In this document: positions 40,566 to 51,141 of the stretch, piece after piece
Position numbering within the stretch: the first letter of the stretch is position 1
Layout: every line of letters begins with the position of its first letter
Origin: a bacterium
GTDB taxonomy: Bacteria > Patescibacteriota > CPR2 > UBA1875 > JAJYID01
Reading direction: 5' to 3'
Assembly: GCA_021787535.1 (NCBI GenBank)
Contig: JAJYLR010000001.1
Coordinates: 83,648-147,647 of the forward strand
DNA length: 64,000 nt
Notes under the pieces: model-generated
Told to the model about the DNA's origin: nothing
Databases searched by the model: none
The model's input: the letters and a program-made list of their open reading frames with translations, nothing else
Program-made: the position numbers and the translations under genes

Positions 40566-41246
40566 ATGTTTTGCCCCAAGTGCGGCCAGGTAACAATTAA
40601 TCTAAATAACAAAGAAGTTTGCACGAATTGCGGCATTGTTTTCGATGATCTTAATGCCAAGGAACAGGTTTTAAGTCAAATCCGCGCTAAAGCGCAAGTA
40701 AAAACGGCGCCGGAAGAGCCGGTGGAAGAGTATATTTCTCCGGCCGGTTTGGTCACAAAAGCGGAACCAATGCCAAAACCGCGCGCGTATGAACATACGG
40801 AAAAAAATATTCAGGCATCCGGAACTATAGAAGAAATGGCAAGGCGCATGCATACGCCACCTATAAAGATCGCTCCTCCGGTTGCGCAAGCGGCGGTTGA
40901 GATCGCTCCGGCAGAGTCATCCGTTCAAAAAGTGATTCCGCAAGAACAGCCGGCATTCAAAAATCCCTCGGCCATGATGCCGCCATCCGCGCCTTCCCCG
41001 GCTGTACAAACCTCCTCGAAATCATCTGCGGAACTCCAAATAAATACAGAAGAAAACGAGCAGCCAAATGCTCCGCGGATTTACCCTTCGCATGAAGTCA
41101 ATCCCATTCTTATTAAAATGCTGATCGGTATCTTTGTGATTGCTCTCCTGGTTTTAGGAGGAATGTTTTTATATTCTCACTTGACCTTTTTGCGCGATAC
41201 CGTGAATAATATTATAAAGGGTGTGGGGGTGAATTTATTTAAATGA
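40566..41246 (+). CDS. Hypothetical protein: N-terminal Zn ribbon, Pro-rich linker, C-terminal TM
   Basis: CPKCG...CTNCG. Confidence 0.7.
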   Translation: MFCPKCGQVTINLNNKEVCTNCGIVFDDLNAKEQVLSQIRAKAQVKTAPEEPVEEYISPAGLVTKAEPMPKPRAYEHTEKNIQASGTIEEMARRMHTPPIKIAPPVAQAAVEIAPAESSVQKVIPQEQPAFKNPSAMMPPSAPSPAVQTSSKSSAELQINTEENEQPNAPRIYPSHEVNPILIKMLIGIFVIALLVLGGMFLYSHLTFLRDTVNNIIKGVGVNLFK

Positions 41247-42547
41247 AGATAAAAAATATAAAAGCAAATGAAATACTGGATTCACGGGGCAATCCCACCG
41301 TTTCTACCGAGATAGAGTTGGAAAACGGCATAATTTCTCATGCATCGGTTCCCAGCGGGGCGTCGACCGGTATTCATGAGGCGCATGAGCTGCGTGACGG
41401 CGACATGAAACGTTTTGACGGCAAAGGAGTCTTAAAGGCCTGTCAAAACATTGAGCAGATTATACAGCCGGAAATTAAAAAAATTGACATTGAAAATCAG
41501 GCGGAAATCGATAGTAAAATGTGCGAGCTGGACGGCACAAAAAACAAGGAAAAACTCGGAGCAAATGCTATTTTAGCGGTTTCGATCGCGGCTCTTAGGG
41601 CTCATGCCGCACATAACGGTAAAGAGCTGTATGAGATTATCGGCGAGCTTTACGGATTTCATGATTTTCGCCTTCCCAAGCCCTTGTCGGTTATTCTAGA
41701 AGGCGGCAAACATTCGGATTCTAATTGTGAAATCCAAGAATTCATGATTCAAATCGAGGAAGAGAAAATCGAGGAAAATTTACGGAAGATTGAACTTGTT
41801 TACCATTCGCTTGAGCAGGTGCTTGAAAGCCAGGGTAAAAATACCAACATTGGTTATGAAGGAGCATTTGGTCCGAATTTAACCTCGAACCGGGAGGGGC
41901 TTGATCTGATTATGCAGGCGATTGAAATGTCCGGATTAAAGCCCCGATATGATGTGCGTATTGCCCTCGATATTGCTGCCAGTGAATTTTACGATACTGA
42001 GAGCAGCCAATACCTTCTAAAAAGTGAGAACATTGCTCTGCGCGGGAGCCAGATGGTGGCTTACAATGAAGAGTTAGCGAGGGATTATCCTATCCTTTCT
42101 ATCGAAGACGGCATGTACGAGGATGACTGGGAAGGATGGCAAGCGCTCTATGAGCGTCTGGGCGATAAAATCATGCTGGTTGGCGACGATCTGTTTGTGA
42201 CCAACACCGAGCGCATTAGAAATGGCATTGATCGCCATGCTGCTAACGCAGTTTTGATTAAGCCGAATCAGATTGGTACAGTGACAGAAACCATCGAAGC
42301 TGTCAAAATGACCAAATTTGCCAGTTGGGAACCGATTGTTTCGCACAGGAGCGGAGAGACGAACGATAGTTTTATCGCCGATCTGGCCGTGGCGATCAGC
42401 GCCAAGTATATTAAAGCCGGCGCGCCGGCCAGAGGCGAGAGAGTAGCGAAATATAATCGGCTGATGGAAATTTCCTCTGTCATTCCCGCCCCCGATCGGG
42501 TCGAGGGTAAAGCTTCGGCGGGAATCCAGGAAGATAATTCAAAATGA
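41243..42547 (+). CDS. eno: Enolase (C-terminal tail derived from a repeat)
   Basis: DSRGNPTV, VPSGASTG, VGDDLFVTN, SHRSGET. Confidence 0.97.
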   Translation: MKIKNIKANEILDSRGNPTVSTEIELENGIISHASVPSGASTGIHEAHELRDGDMKRFDGKGVLKACQNIEQIIQPEIKKIDIENQAEIDSKMCELDGTKNKEKLGANAILAVSIAALRAHAAHNGKELYEIIGELYGFHDFRLPKPLSVILEGGKHSDSNCEIQEFMIQIEEEKIEENLRKIELVYHSLEQVLESQGKNTNIGYEGAFGPNLTSNREGLDLIMQAIEMSGLKPRYDVRIALDIAASEFYDTESSQYLLKSENIALRGSQMVAYNEELARDYPILSIEDGMYEDDWEGWQALYERLGDKIMLVGDDLFVTNTERIRNGIDRHAANAVLIKPNQIGTVTETIEAVKMTKFASWEPIVSHRSGETNDSFIADLAVAISAKYIKAGAPARGERVAKYNRLMEISSVIPAPDRVEGKASAGIQEDNSK

Positions 42548-42737
42548 AAATTTAAAATTAAAAAGATGATATCAAAATCCCAAGAATCAATTATCAATGT
42601 TCAATTCATCCAAATCTCAATGATTAAAAATAATTTGAAAATTGAAAATTCTTAAAGTTCTATTGTTTTCGCGAAATTTGAGCTATTATTGAATAAACGA
42701 ACTGATCGTTAAAAATAGAGGAGGGAGGTGAAAAAAT

Positions 42738-43103
42738 ATGTTAGCATTACTTGCACAAGCAACCGACAACTTACCGGATGTATCGAACAGCGTCAACAAC
42801 ACGAATGCGACCGGCATTATTGCGGGTCTTGGAATATTTCTTCTCGTCATAGTAATTATCGGATTAGTTTTATGGCTCTTTAATCTCTGGATGGCTATCG
42901 ACTGTGCTGTCAGAAAAGATACTGATTTTCCAGGCAACAACAAAACTCTTTGGCTTGTACTTCTTTTTGTGGGTCTTTTTGTGGGTTTTGGATGGATAGT
43001 TGCTCTTGTATATTACTTTTCCGTCAAGAAAAAAGCCGGCCAAGGCGGTGGTGGAGCTGCCCCATCGCAGCCCGCAAATACAGACACGCCAGCACAGGAG
43101 TAA
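42738..43103 (+). CDS. Small membrane protein (PLDc_N-like)
   Basis: WMAIDC...NKTLWL..YYF; SD GGAGG. Confidence 0.65.
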   Translation: MLALLAQATDNLPDVSNSVNNTNATGIIAGLGIFLLVIVIIGLVLWLFNLWMAIDCAVRKDTDFPGNNKTLWLVLLFVGLFVGFGWIVALVYYFSVKKKAGQGGGGAAPSQPANTDTPAQE

Positions 43104-43112
43104 TATTGATTT

Positions 43113-43144
43113 AAAAAGAACCTTCCGGAACGAAGGTTCTTTTT
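43113..43144. terminator. Intrinsic terminator
   Basis: AAAAAGAACCTTC-CGGAAC-GAAGGTTCTTTTT. Confidence 0.8.
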
Positions 43145-43186
43145 AAGATTAAAGATTTGTTTTATCCTTATTGATAGACATAATTA

Positions 43187-43975
43187 ATGGAGGCGATGCT
43201 GAAATATCTAAAATTAGCTTTATTTTGCATATTGCTTGCGGTTTTTCTCATCTCATTTTTTTACAAGGATGATTTTCATCGCCGGACAGAGATTGTACCA
43301 GATGCTTTGAACGATCCTGTTCAAACCGACCTAAAAGATAAAACTCCTGTTACTTTTGAAAGAGACGGATACTCTTACAAAGTGACGCCGCTTTATGATT
43401 ATGATATCAGCGGCATGCTTGTCCATAAAAACGATTATCGTTTTTTCAGTTTGGATAAGGTTGACAATGCCATTCCCTTTGATTTTTGCATGATATGGGG
43501 CCAAAATCTCGCAACCGGCACTTACGAAGATAGTTCTTTAAAATTCAGCCAGGACAGCCGGTTTTGTAATGCTACATGGGGTCCCGGAGTTGGTCTCAAG
43601 ATTTCCGATGTTTCGAATAACCATTTAATTATCAATGATGATAATGTAGCAAAAGAAGCCAAAAATGTTTCAGTTGGCGATCAAGTCAGGATTAAAGGAG
43701 AACTAGTAAACCTTCAAGCTGTAAGAAATGATCAGCAGGAAACAGAAACTTGGCATACCAGTGTCACAAGAGATGATACCGGAGCCGGGGCTTGTGAAGT
43801 GATTTTAGTCAAAGACATAGAAATCTTAGGAAAGTCAGATTCTTCAATGCGCATATTAAATAAAATTGCTTTCTGGGGCTTAATTCTTTTTATACCTGTC
43901 AATATAATATGGTTTTTTATCAATGTATCTCGCAAAAGAAAACAGATAGAGAAAGATGATCTCTTACCCTATTAG
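43187..43975 (+). CDS. Hypothetical protein with TM helices at both ends
   Basis: SNNHLI and S.TRDDTGAGACE look like conserved motifs; family not named. Confidence 0.7.
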   Translation: MEAMLKYLKLALFCILLAVFLISFFYKDDFHRRTEIVPDALNDPVQTDLKDKTPVTFERDGYSYKVTPLYDYDISGMLVHKNDYRFFSLDKVDNAIPFDFCMIWGQNLATGTYEDSSLKFSQDSRFCNATWGPGVGLKISDVSNNHLIINDDNVAKEAKNVSVGDQVRIKGELVNLQAVRNDQQETETWHTSVTRDDTGAGACEVILVKDIEILGKSDSSMRILNKIAFWGLILFIPVNIIWFFINVSRKRKQIEKDDLLPY

Positions 43976-44004
43976 CTCTTGATTCTTTTTGCTACAATAG
44001 GTTT

Positions 44005-45276
44005 ATGCAGAAGATTCTTTTTATCATATTTGACGGGCTTGGCGATAGGCCTATCAAAAAATTTGGCGGGCTGACTCCGCTTGAAGCGGCGCATACCCCT
44101 AATATGGATCAATGGGTACACAAGGGCATTTGCGGAACGATGAATGCCATGCCAACCAATTTATATCCGACAAGCGAAGAAGCGCACCTGGCCATTTTCG
44201 GCTATGATTTTGTGAGAGATTATCCCGGACGGGGAGTTTTGGAAGCGCTTGGCATTGGCATTAAATTAAAACCGGATGAGATGGCATTTCGCATAGATTT
44301 CGGGACGGTGGATCAAAGTTTAAAGCTGATTGATCCGAGAGCGGGAGTGATTGAGTCGACTGAGAAGCTGTGCAAGGCGGTCGACGGAGTTGAGGTGGAC
44401 GGGGTAACTTTCAAGATTTATCCTTCGCTTCTATATCGGGGTGTTTTGGTTCTTTCGGGCCAGCCGGTTAAAAATTATCTGAAAAAAGTCAAGCATGCTG
44501 CAATTTCTGATACTGATCCTCACAAAAGCGGGCCTCACAAACTGGATGTTAGAGTGCTTCATCCCCAGTCATTTGGCGAGTGCCGCGAGGGTAAAACGGT
44601 GGCTAGAGCACTGGAGCGGTACCAGTATTTGACGCATGAGATTCTAGAAGAGTATAAGGTTAACAAAAAAAGAGTTAAGCAAGGCCTGCCGCCGGCAAAC
44701 TTTATCCTGGCGCGCGGTGAAGGCAGACTTAAGCCCGTCCAAAGCTTCAAAGATAGATACGGCTTGAAAGCCGCTTGCGTTGCCGGTGCCCCGCTCTACA
44801 AAGGCATTGCTTCATATTTAGGCATGGATGTCCTGCATGTTCGGGGAGCGACCGGAACGCTAGATACAAATGCCGATGCAAAAGTGAAAGCTTCTATAAA
44901 AGCGCTCAAAAAGAATGATTTTGTATTCTTGCATTTCAAAGGAACGGATATGGCAGCCGAAGAACTAGGTAGTCCAGAGCTCAAAAAGAAATTCATCGAG
45001 AAAGTTGACAAATCGTTTTCAAGACTTTCCGGGCTCAAAAATGTTATGATAGTAGTGACCGGTGATCACTCGACACCCTGTGAACTGCACGACCATTCGA
45101 CAGATCCAGTACCGCTGTTAATTAACAGCCAATTTCCAATACCTAATGCCCGATTAAATTCCCAAGGCAAAAGGTCAAATGCCAAGTTTGGAGAGAGCGA
45201 GTGCAAAGATGGCAATTTGGGACATATTTATGGGAAAGACATGATGAAAAAATTATTGGAAATGAGGGCAATGTAG
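44005..45276 (+). CDS. apgM: 2,3-BPG-independent phosphoglycerate mutase, archaeal ApgM type
   Basis: DGLGDRP, TPLEAA.TPNMD, YPGRGVLEALG, TGDHSTP. Confidence 0.92.
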   Translation: MQKILFIIFDGLGDRPIKKFGGLTPLEAAHTPNMDQWVHKGICGTMNAMPTNLYPTSEEAHLAIFGYDFVRDYPGRGVLEALGIGIKLKPDEMAFRIDFGTVDQSLKLIDPRAGVIESTEKLCKAVDGVEVDGVTFKIYPSLLYRGVLVLSGQPVKNYLKKVKHAAISDTDPHKSGPHKLDVRVLHPQSFGECREGKTVARALERYQYLTHEILEEYKVNKKRVKQGLPPANFILARGEGRLKPVQSFKDRYGLKAACVAGAPLYKGIASYLGMDVLHVRGATGTLDTNADAKVKASIKALKKNDFVFLHFKGTDMAAEELGSPELKKKFIEKVDKSFSRLSGLKNVMIVVTGDHSTPCELHDHSTDPVPLLINSQFPIPNARLNSQGKRSNAKFGESECKDGNLGHIYGKDMMKKLLEMRAM

Positions 45277-45352
45277 GAGATAAGCGAAATGAAAAAACAA
45301 CAATACCCACGATGGAAGCGATTCAACAATTCCAACATTTGCGGAGCAGACT

Positions 45353-46345
45353 ATGTTTGATTGCATTACATTTGGCGGAGCTACAAGGGATATTTTCTTT
45401 AAAACGGCGAAAGGCGTAATATTCCCTGACCCGGAGGACGCCGAGGAGAAAATGCTGGCTTTTAAATACGGCCAGAAGATCATTACTGATAATGCTTATT
45501 TTTCCTTTGGCGGAGGCGCTTTTAACGCAGCTGTTAGTATGGCTAAGTCGGGACTCAAAGTTGCAGCTCATATCAATGTCGGCAGAGACGAGAGCGCTTA
45601 TTCCATAGTTCAGCAACTTAAATTTCTGGGAATTGATACTTCGCTTGTCATGACTGATCCGGAAAATCATACTGCCATGTCAATATTAGTGATAGATAAA
45701 AAAGATCACGTGGCCTTTTTGCACCGCGGAGCCAACAACTACCTTAAAACCCCGCCGGCAGACAAACTAAAAAATACAAAATGGTTTTTTATCACATCTC
45801 TCACAGGCGAATCAGCAAAGATGCTGCCTGATCTAATAGATTTTGCCAGTACAAACAATATCAAAGTGGCCTTAAATCCCGGCTCAGCTCAGCTGAAAGG
45901 CGACTGTCGCCAGCTTAAAGCACTGATAGAAAAAATCGAACTTTTGATCTTAAACAGGGAAGAAGCGGAAACACTCATTTGCAGCAACGAAGCTTGTGAG
46001 ATTATTGAAGATAATAATGTTTTATTATCTAAGGCCCAGAAGCTCGGGGCAAAGAGAGTTATTATTACCGAAGGGGCAAAAGGAAGTTATTATACCGACA
46101 GCGAGCTAGTAAATTTTGAGCCGGCTTTCAAAGAGAACGGGGTAGCAGTTGATACGACCGGAGCCGGAGATGCCTTCGGTTCAACATTCATGGCTAATAT
46201 CATTCAAGGAGCAAGCACGCCTCTTGCTCAGAAAAGAGCGGCTGTAAATGCAGCCAGCGTGACTGAATATATTGGGGCTCAGGAAGGGCTTTTGACTCCC
46301 AAAGCGATTGAAGCGAAATTAAAGAAAATAAAGGTCATAAGATGA
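45353..46345 (+). CDS. PfkB/ribokinase-family carbohydrate kinase
   Basis: GGGAFNAA, LNREEA, DTTGAGDAFG. Confidence 0.92.
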   Translation: MFDCITFGGATRDIFFKTAKGVIFPDPEDAEEKMLAFKYGQKIITDNAYFSFGGGAFNAAVSMAKSGLKVAAHINVGRDESAYSIVQQLKFLGIDTSLVMTDPENHTAMSILVIDKKDHVAFLHRGANNYLKTPPADKLKNTKWFFITSLTGESAKMLPDLIDFASTNNIKVALNPGSAQLKGDCRQLKALIEKIELLILNREEAETLICSNEACEIIEDNNVLLSKAQKLGAKRVIITEGAKGSYYTDSELVNFEPAFKENGVAVDTTGAGDAFGSTFMANIIQGASTPLAQKRAAVNAASVTEYIGAQEGLLTPKAIEAKLKKIKVIR

Positions 46346-47166
46346 CATTATCAAAAATACCTACACGCGTCAGAAAAAAAAGAGAGATAAATACAGGCAA
46401 GAAAAAAATTCTCTTCGTTTTGGGTATTATTTTTGCTCTTATAGTACTTTTCGGCATTTACAATTTGAAGAAAAAAGTCCTTCCCGACAATAAGAGTAAA
46501 ATTCCTATTAAAATTCAGTCAACCGATCAGCCGATGGCGGCGCAAAAGAGCGTCATAGTCAATACCGGCGGCGGAGCTTTAAATATCCGAGCCGATCATA
46601 GCGCAACGGCGAAAAAGATAGGAGAGATACCCAACAAAACTAAGGTTGAGGTTAAGGCAGAAACTGACGGTTGGTATCAGATTTCTTATAACGGCAAACA
46701 AGGGTGGATTTCCAAGCAATATACTGTTTCGGCTAACGCGGATTCATCTGGTCAAGCTTCGACAAGCGGCCAGACCTTTCAAGGCAGCGGCTATACTTTT
46801 CAATATTCCAAGGATTGGAATTTACAAAATTATCCTACAACTGACTCCACGACTTGGGTGGCTCTTTCAAACAATCAGTTGCCGGCCGATCCTCCTCAAG
46901 GGTCGTACTTTTTTCCGATTACGCTTAAGGTTTACCCGGATAATATCAAACCAACTGGCGGCTTTAGAACTGATCCAGCTACTCAAAGTGCGCCAATCTT
47001 AGTTGGCGGTGCGAACGGAACCCGCTATACTTATACAAGTCAAGATACTTCAACTCAGGTGAATACTGTTGAATTTGAAAAAAACGGCATGCTTTATGAT
47101 TTTACGGATAATGGCGGATACTGGGATGATTTGAATAAGATTTTAGGAACGTTTATATTCAATTAA
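46342..47166 (+). CDS. Membrane-anchored SH3b-domain protein with PsbP-like C-terminus
   Basis: LNIR...GWYQISYNGKQGWISKQY. Confidence 0.8.
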   Translation: MTLSKIPTRVRKKREINTGKKKILFVLGIIFALIVLFGIYNLKKKVLPDNKSKIPIKIQSTDQPMAAQKSVIVNTGGGALNIRADHSATAKKIGEIPNKTKVEVKAETDGWYQISYNGKQGWISKQYTVSANADSSGQASTSGQTFQGSGYTFQYSKDWNLQNYPTTDSTTWVALSNNQLPADPPQGSYFFPITLKVYPDNIKPTGGFRTDPATQSAPILVGGANGTRYTYTSQDTSTQVNTVEFEKNGMLYDFTDNGGYWDDLNKILGTFIFN

Positions 47167-47261
47167 GATAAAAAACCAATGACCTATACCCAATAACTAA
47201 TCAAATCCTAATTTAAAAATTTTAAAATTCATTGATTGAAAATTCAAAAATCGGAGGGGCT

Positions 47262-49571
47262 TTGCTAGATCGTTTCTTCAATCCAAAGAGTGTAGCTGTT
47301 ATCGGGGCTTCTCATCATAAAGAGAAGCTTGGGTTTTTGGTTTATGACAATATCAGAAAATACGGTTATAAAGGAAAACTTTATGGAGTGAATATCAAGG
47401 GCGGTTCCGCACATATTTCGCGTAAAAAATCAGGAGCGCAAAATATGTGCGGAATTCCACTCTACAAAACTGTAGGCGATATCCCTGGGCCGATAGATTT
47501 AGCTGTTGTGGTGATACCTGCGAAAGCTGTACCTCAAATAGTTAAAGATTGCGGTAAAAAAGGAATAACTTCTGTCATTATTATCTCGGCCGGGTTTTCT
47601 GAAACTGGAGCAGAAGGCAAAAAGTTAGAGGAAAAAATTGCCGATTTGTCACATAAATACGGTATCAGAATCTTGGGGCCGAACTGTCTCGGCATCATCG
47701 ACTCTTGGAGCAAAATGAACGCCTCTTTTGCCGAAAGTATGCCGGACAAGATGAAGATTTCTCTTCTTTCCCAGTCAGGAGCCATCTGCACGGCTATTTT
47801 AGACTGGGCCAATAGCGAAGAAATCGGTTTCTCCAGATTTATTTCTTTGGGCAATAAGCTTGATATCGATGAAAATGATGTCTTGGCTTATCTAGCCCGT
47901 GACACAAAAACCAAAGTTGTCCTGGCATATCTCGAAAGCATTGCCGATGGCCAGAAATTTATGGATAATGCTAGAAATCTTGCCTTGAAAAAGCCATTTA
48001 TCATGGTGAAGTCAGGCCGAACCAGCGAAGGCGCCAAAAGCATCTCTTCTCATACGGGCAGTATTGCCGGGTCGGATATTGTTATCGATACCGCTCTTCG
48101 CCAGAGCGGAGTGATACGGGCTGAGAGCTTAGAGGACCTCTTTGATCTGGCAAAAATATTTGCCTTTTCACCGGAAATGAAAGGCAAGAACGTTGCTGTT
48201 ATTTCAAATGCCGGCGGTCCGGCAGTTATGCTTGCCGATACGATTGGTCAAAGCCGCTTAAAGCTGGCTAAGTTTGAGCCAAAAACCCGTAAAATTCTAG
48301 AAGAGACATTGCCTCCTGAAGCTGCGACTCATAATCCTGTAGACGTCATCGGTGATGCCAGAGCCGATCGTTATGAAACTGCTACTTGCGAGGTTTTAAA
48401 AGATGAAAATGTTGATGCGGCCATAGTTGTTTTAACACCCCAAGTTATGACAGAGATTGAAGCGACAGCTAAAGTCATTAACAAGGCAAAAAAGTACGGA
48501 AAACCTTTGGCGGTATCTTTTATTGGCGGAGAAAAAGTCGGAGATGGCAGGAAAATTCTCGAAGACTTTGAAATACCTTCATATGAGTTTCCGGAGAGAG
48601 CGATCAAAGCGCTAGAAGCACTATTTGAGTACTATGAATTTAAGAGACACTATGGTCTTTGTCATTCCGACTGCCACCACGTGAGTTGCAAGCGGAGGAA
48701 TCCCTTAAAGAATAGCCAATTTCCAATAACCAATGACCAATCAAGCTCTAATAATCAGATGTCAAACAAAGGTGGTCATTCTGGGGACGGCAGGACCCCG
48801 GAATCTAATACAGATAAGGATTCTGGACAGGTCAGAATGACGAACAACAGGCAAAAGGTATCTGAAATTATCGGACCGGTATTTAACCGGCGCCAAAAGC
48901 TTATCACAGACGGAAGTTCGAGCGCTTTTGATGTTTTTGACGCCTATGGTATCAGCACTATCAAAAGAGCATATGGTCTGGGACTAAAGGATTTGAAAAA
49001 GAAATCGGAAGAACTGGGGTTTCCGCTTGTTGCGAAGACTTGCGCCGAAGGCGTTTTGCACAAAACGGATATTGGCGGAGTCAAGTTGGGTATGAGAGAT
49101 GAAAGCGAACTGCAAAAAGCGTATTTTTCAATTTGTAATAAAGTGCGAAAAGCTGGTTTCGAGGAGGGTTCGGATCGGGTTGACATTTATAAACAAGAAG
49201 AGGACGGCGTCCAAATATTTCTGGGCGCAAAAAAGGATTCCAGTTTTGGACCGCTCATAATTTTTGGTTTAGGCGGAATATTCGTCGAGGCGCTTAAAGA
49301 TTTTTCATATAGAATCGCGCCGGTTACGCATACCGAGGCCAAGAGAATGATCGGCGAAATAAGATCGCAGAAAGTTCTAAACGGTTTTCGGGGCATGCCG
49401 GAAGTTGATCGGGACAAAGTGGCAGATGCAATCGTTGGTTTGTCCCAGCTTATGCTCGACTTCCCGGAAATCAAAGAAGTAGATATTAATCCCTTAATGG
49501 CAACGGATAAAAAATGCGTTGCCATAGACGGAAAAATAATTTTGGACTTAGAAGTAGACCATGGTTTCTAA
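47262..49571 (+). CDS. ADP-forming acetate/acyl-CoA ligase (fused alpha-beta), with in-frame repeat insertions
   Basis: PKSVAVIGAS, GPNCLG, SQSGA, SHTGS, HKTDIGGV, DINPL; TTG 47262 follows SD GGAGG. Confidence 0.92.
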   Translation: MLDRFFNPKSVAVIGASHHKEKLGFLVYDNIRKYGYKGKLYGVNIKGGSAHISRKKSGAQNMCGIPLYKTVGDIPGPIDLAVVVIPAKAVPQIVKDCGKKGITSVIIISAGFSETGAEGKKLEEKIADLSHKYGIRILGPNCLGIIDSWSKMNASFAESMPDKMKISLLSQSGAICTAILDWANSEEIGFSRFISLGNKLDIDENDVLAYLARDTKTKVVLAYLESIADGQKFMDNARNLALKKPFIMVKSGRTSEGAKSISSHTGSIAGSDIVIDTALRQSGVIRAESLEDLFDLAKIFAFSPEMKGKNVAVISNAGGPAVMLADTIGQSRLKLAKFEPKTRKILEETLPPEAATHNPVDVIGDARADRYETATCEVLKDENVDAAIVVLTPQVMTEIEATAKVINKAKKYGKPLAVSFIGGEKVGDGRKILEDFEIPSYEFPERAIKALEALFEYYEFKRHYGLCHSDCHHVSCKRRNPLKNSQFPITNDQSSSNNQMSNKGGHSGDGRTPESNTDKDSGQVRMTNNRQKVSEIIGPVFNRRQKLITDGSSSAFDVFDAYGISTIKRAYGLGLKDLKKKSEELGFPLVAKTCAEGVLHKTDIGGVKLGMRDESELQKAYFSICNKVRKAGFEEGSDRVDIYKQEEDGVQIFLGAKKDSSFGPLIIFGLGGIFVEALKDFSYRIAPVTHTEAKRMIGEIRSQKVLNGFRGMPEVDRDKVADAIVGLSQLMLDFPEIKEVDINPLMATDKKCVAIDGKIILDLEVDHGF

Positions 49572-49673
49572 AATTGATTTACAAAGCCAAGGGTGTTAAA
49601 CCAAGGGTTGACTTTGTGAATTTGAAAGCTTATTCTGTTTAAACTATCTTGAATTTTGACAAAGGAGGCGGCA

Positions 49674-49955
49674 ATGGGATGTTCTTTCGAAGAGTCTTTT
49701 GAAGACTGGAGAAAGATGGAACAAGCACGCGAGAGATATGTAGTAAAGTACAGGCAAGAACAAAAAGAGCTGATGCAGTTTCCTTGCTACTGCGATGAGT
49801 CGGTTTTTGAGGGGACTGATAACTGTTCGAAAACATGCCCAGAAATTGCCGATTCGTGTAAGCGCAGGGTCGCTTTTCAGAGAAACCCGGAAGCAGCAGC
49901 AGATTTACTTGAGTCAGCGAATGATATGCGGGCATTGATAGCGCGGACATCATAA
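49674..49955 (+). CDS. Small Cys-rich hypothetical protein
   Basis: SD AAAGGAGG before ATG 49674; hairpin after stop. Confidence 0.6.
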   Translation: MGCSFEESFEDWRKMEQARERYVVKYRQEQKELMQFPCYCDESVFEGTDNCSKTCPEIADSCKRRVAFQRNPEAAADLLESANDMRALIARTS

Positions 49956-49973
49956 TCAAAATCCAGGATGCCT

Positions 49974-49997
49974 GGGACTTGCTGCATTGCAAGTCCC
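49974..49997 (+). terminator. Hairpin after orphan gene
   Basis: GGGACTTGC-TGCATT-GCAAGTCCC. Confidence 0.6.
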
Positions 49998-50037
49998 TTC
50001 GCCTTTATGTTAAAATTATTTAGTAATTGGAGGGTGA

Positions 50038-51141
50038 GTGGCAACTCAAACTAAAACTAAAACGGTTTTAATGACCGGGAATCAAGCGGTGGTGAAAGCG
50101 GCTTTGGCTGTCGGTGCTGAGATGTTCAGCGGTTATCCGATAACGCCGACTACTGAAATTCTGACCGAATGGTCAAAAGCGGCCGAAAATAATAAAGATC
50201 TCATATTTTTGCAGACCGAGGATGAGCCGGCGGCCGGCTTTGTGATGATTGGCGGAGTTTCCATGGGCAAAAAGGCTTGGACGGCGACAGCCGGCGTCGG
50301 GCACGTTCTGATGCAGGATCCGCTCTCTATGGCAGAAGCTATGAGAATCCCGACGGTGACTTATATCGGCCAGCGCGGCGGTCCCTCAACCGGCACAGTG
50401 ATCTATTCCCAGCAAGAGCTGAATCTGGCTCGGATGGGCGGAAACGGCGAAGGCCTTCGCATCGTCTTTGCGCCTTCGAACCTGCAAGAACTCTACGATC
50501 TGACCATTAAGGCATTTAATGTAGCTTGGAAATACCGGTTTCCGACATTTATTCTATCCGACGGATATCTTGCCAAAACATATGGAGAAATTGAGCTTTG
50601 GCAGCCAAACAAATCGGAAATCGTGCCGACCGAAAGTTTCTTTTTGAATCCCAAAACAAGTCCGAACAATATCAGAAACTGCTACTCTATGGAGGTTGAG
50701 CTTTATGACCAACTGCTCAAAGACTTTGCCGATTATGCCAAAATGTCAGAGAAAGTTGAAGAAAGCGAGCTACTTGGCGACAAGAAGACAAATCTTTTAG
50801 TTTGCGCCTGGGGTGCGGTAGGAAACTCGGCTAAAACAGCGCTTAAGGCACTGGAAAAACAAAACATTTATTTTAAACTTTTCCGTCCGATTACTCTTAG
50901 GCCGTTTCCGGCAAAAGATCTGCAAAAAGCGGCGGAAGGAGTGACGGATATCCTCATTTTAGAGTCAGCAAACGGGCAGTTTGGCCGCATTGTGCGAGAA
51001 TCTTTGTATGGCACGACCGAAGCCGAAGTGCATCGCCTGTACAAACCGGCTATGGGCATCATGCCGGAAGAAATTCAAGCCAAAGTTAAGGAAGTATTTA
51101 AATTGGAGGATTCTGGACAAGCCAGAATGACGCAATCATGA
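50038..51141 (+). CDS. 2-oxoacid:ferredoxin oxidoreductase alpha subunit
   Basis: GYPITPTTE, QTEDE, QRGGPSTG. Confidence 0.93.
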   Translation: MATQTKTKTVLMTGNQAVVKAALAVGAEMFSGYPITPTTEILTEWSKAAENNKDLIFLQTEDEPAAGFVMIGGVSMGKKAWTATAGVGHVLMQDPLSMAEAMRIPTVTYIGQRGGPSTGTVIYSQQELNLARMGGNGEGLRIVFAPSNLQELYDLTIKAFNVAWKYRFPTFILSDGYLAKTYGEIELWQPNKSEIVPTESFFLNPKTSPNNIRNCYSMEVELYDQLLKDFADYAKMSEKVEESELLGDKKTNLLVCAWGAVGNSAKTALKALEKQNIYFKLFRPITLRPFPAKDLQKAAEGVTDILILESANGQFGRIVRESLYGTTEAEVHRLYKPAMGIMPEEIQAKVKEVFKLEDSGQARMTQS

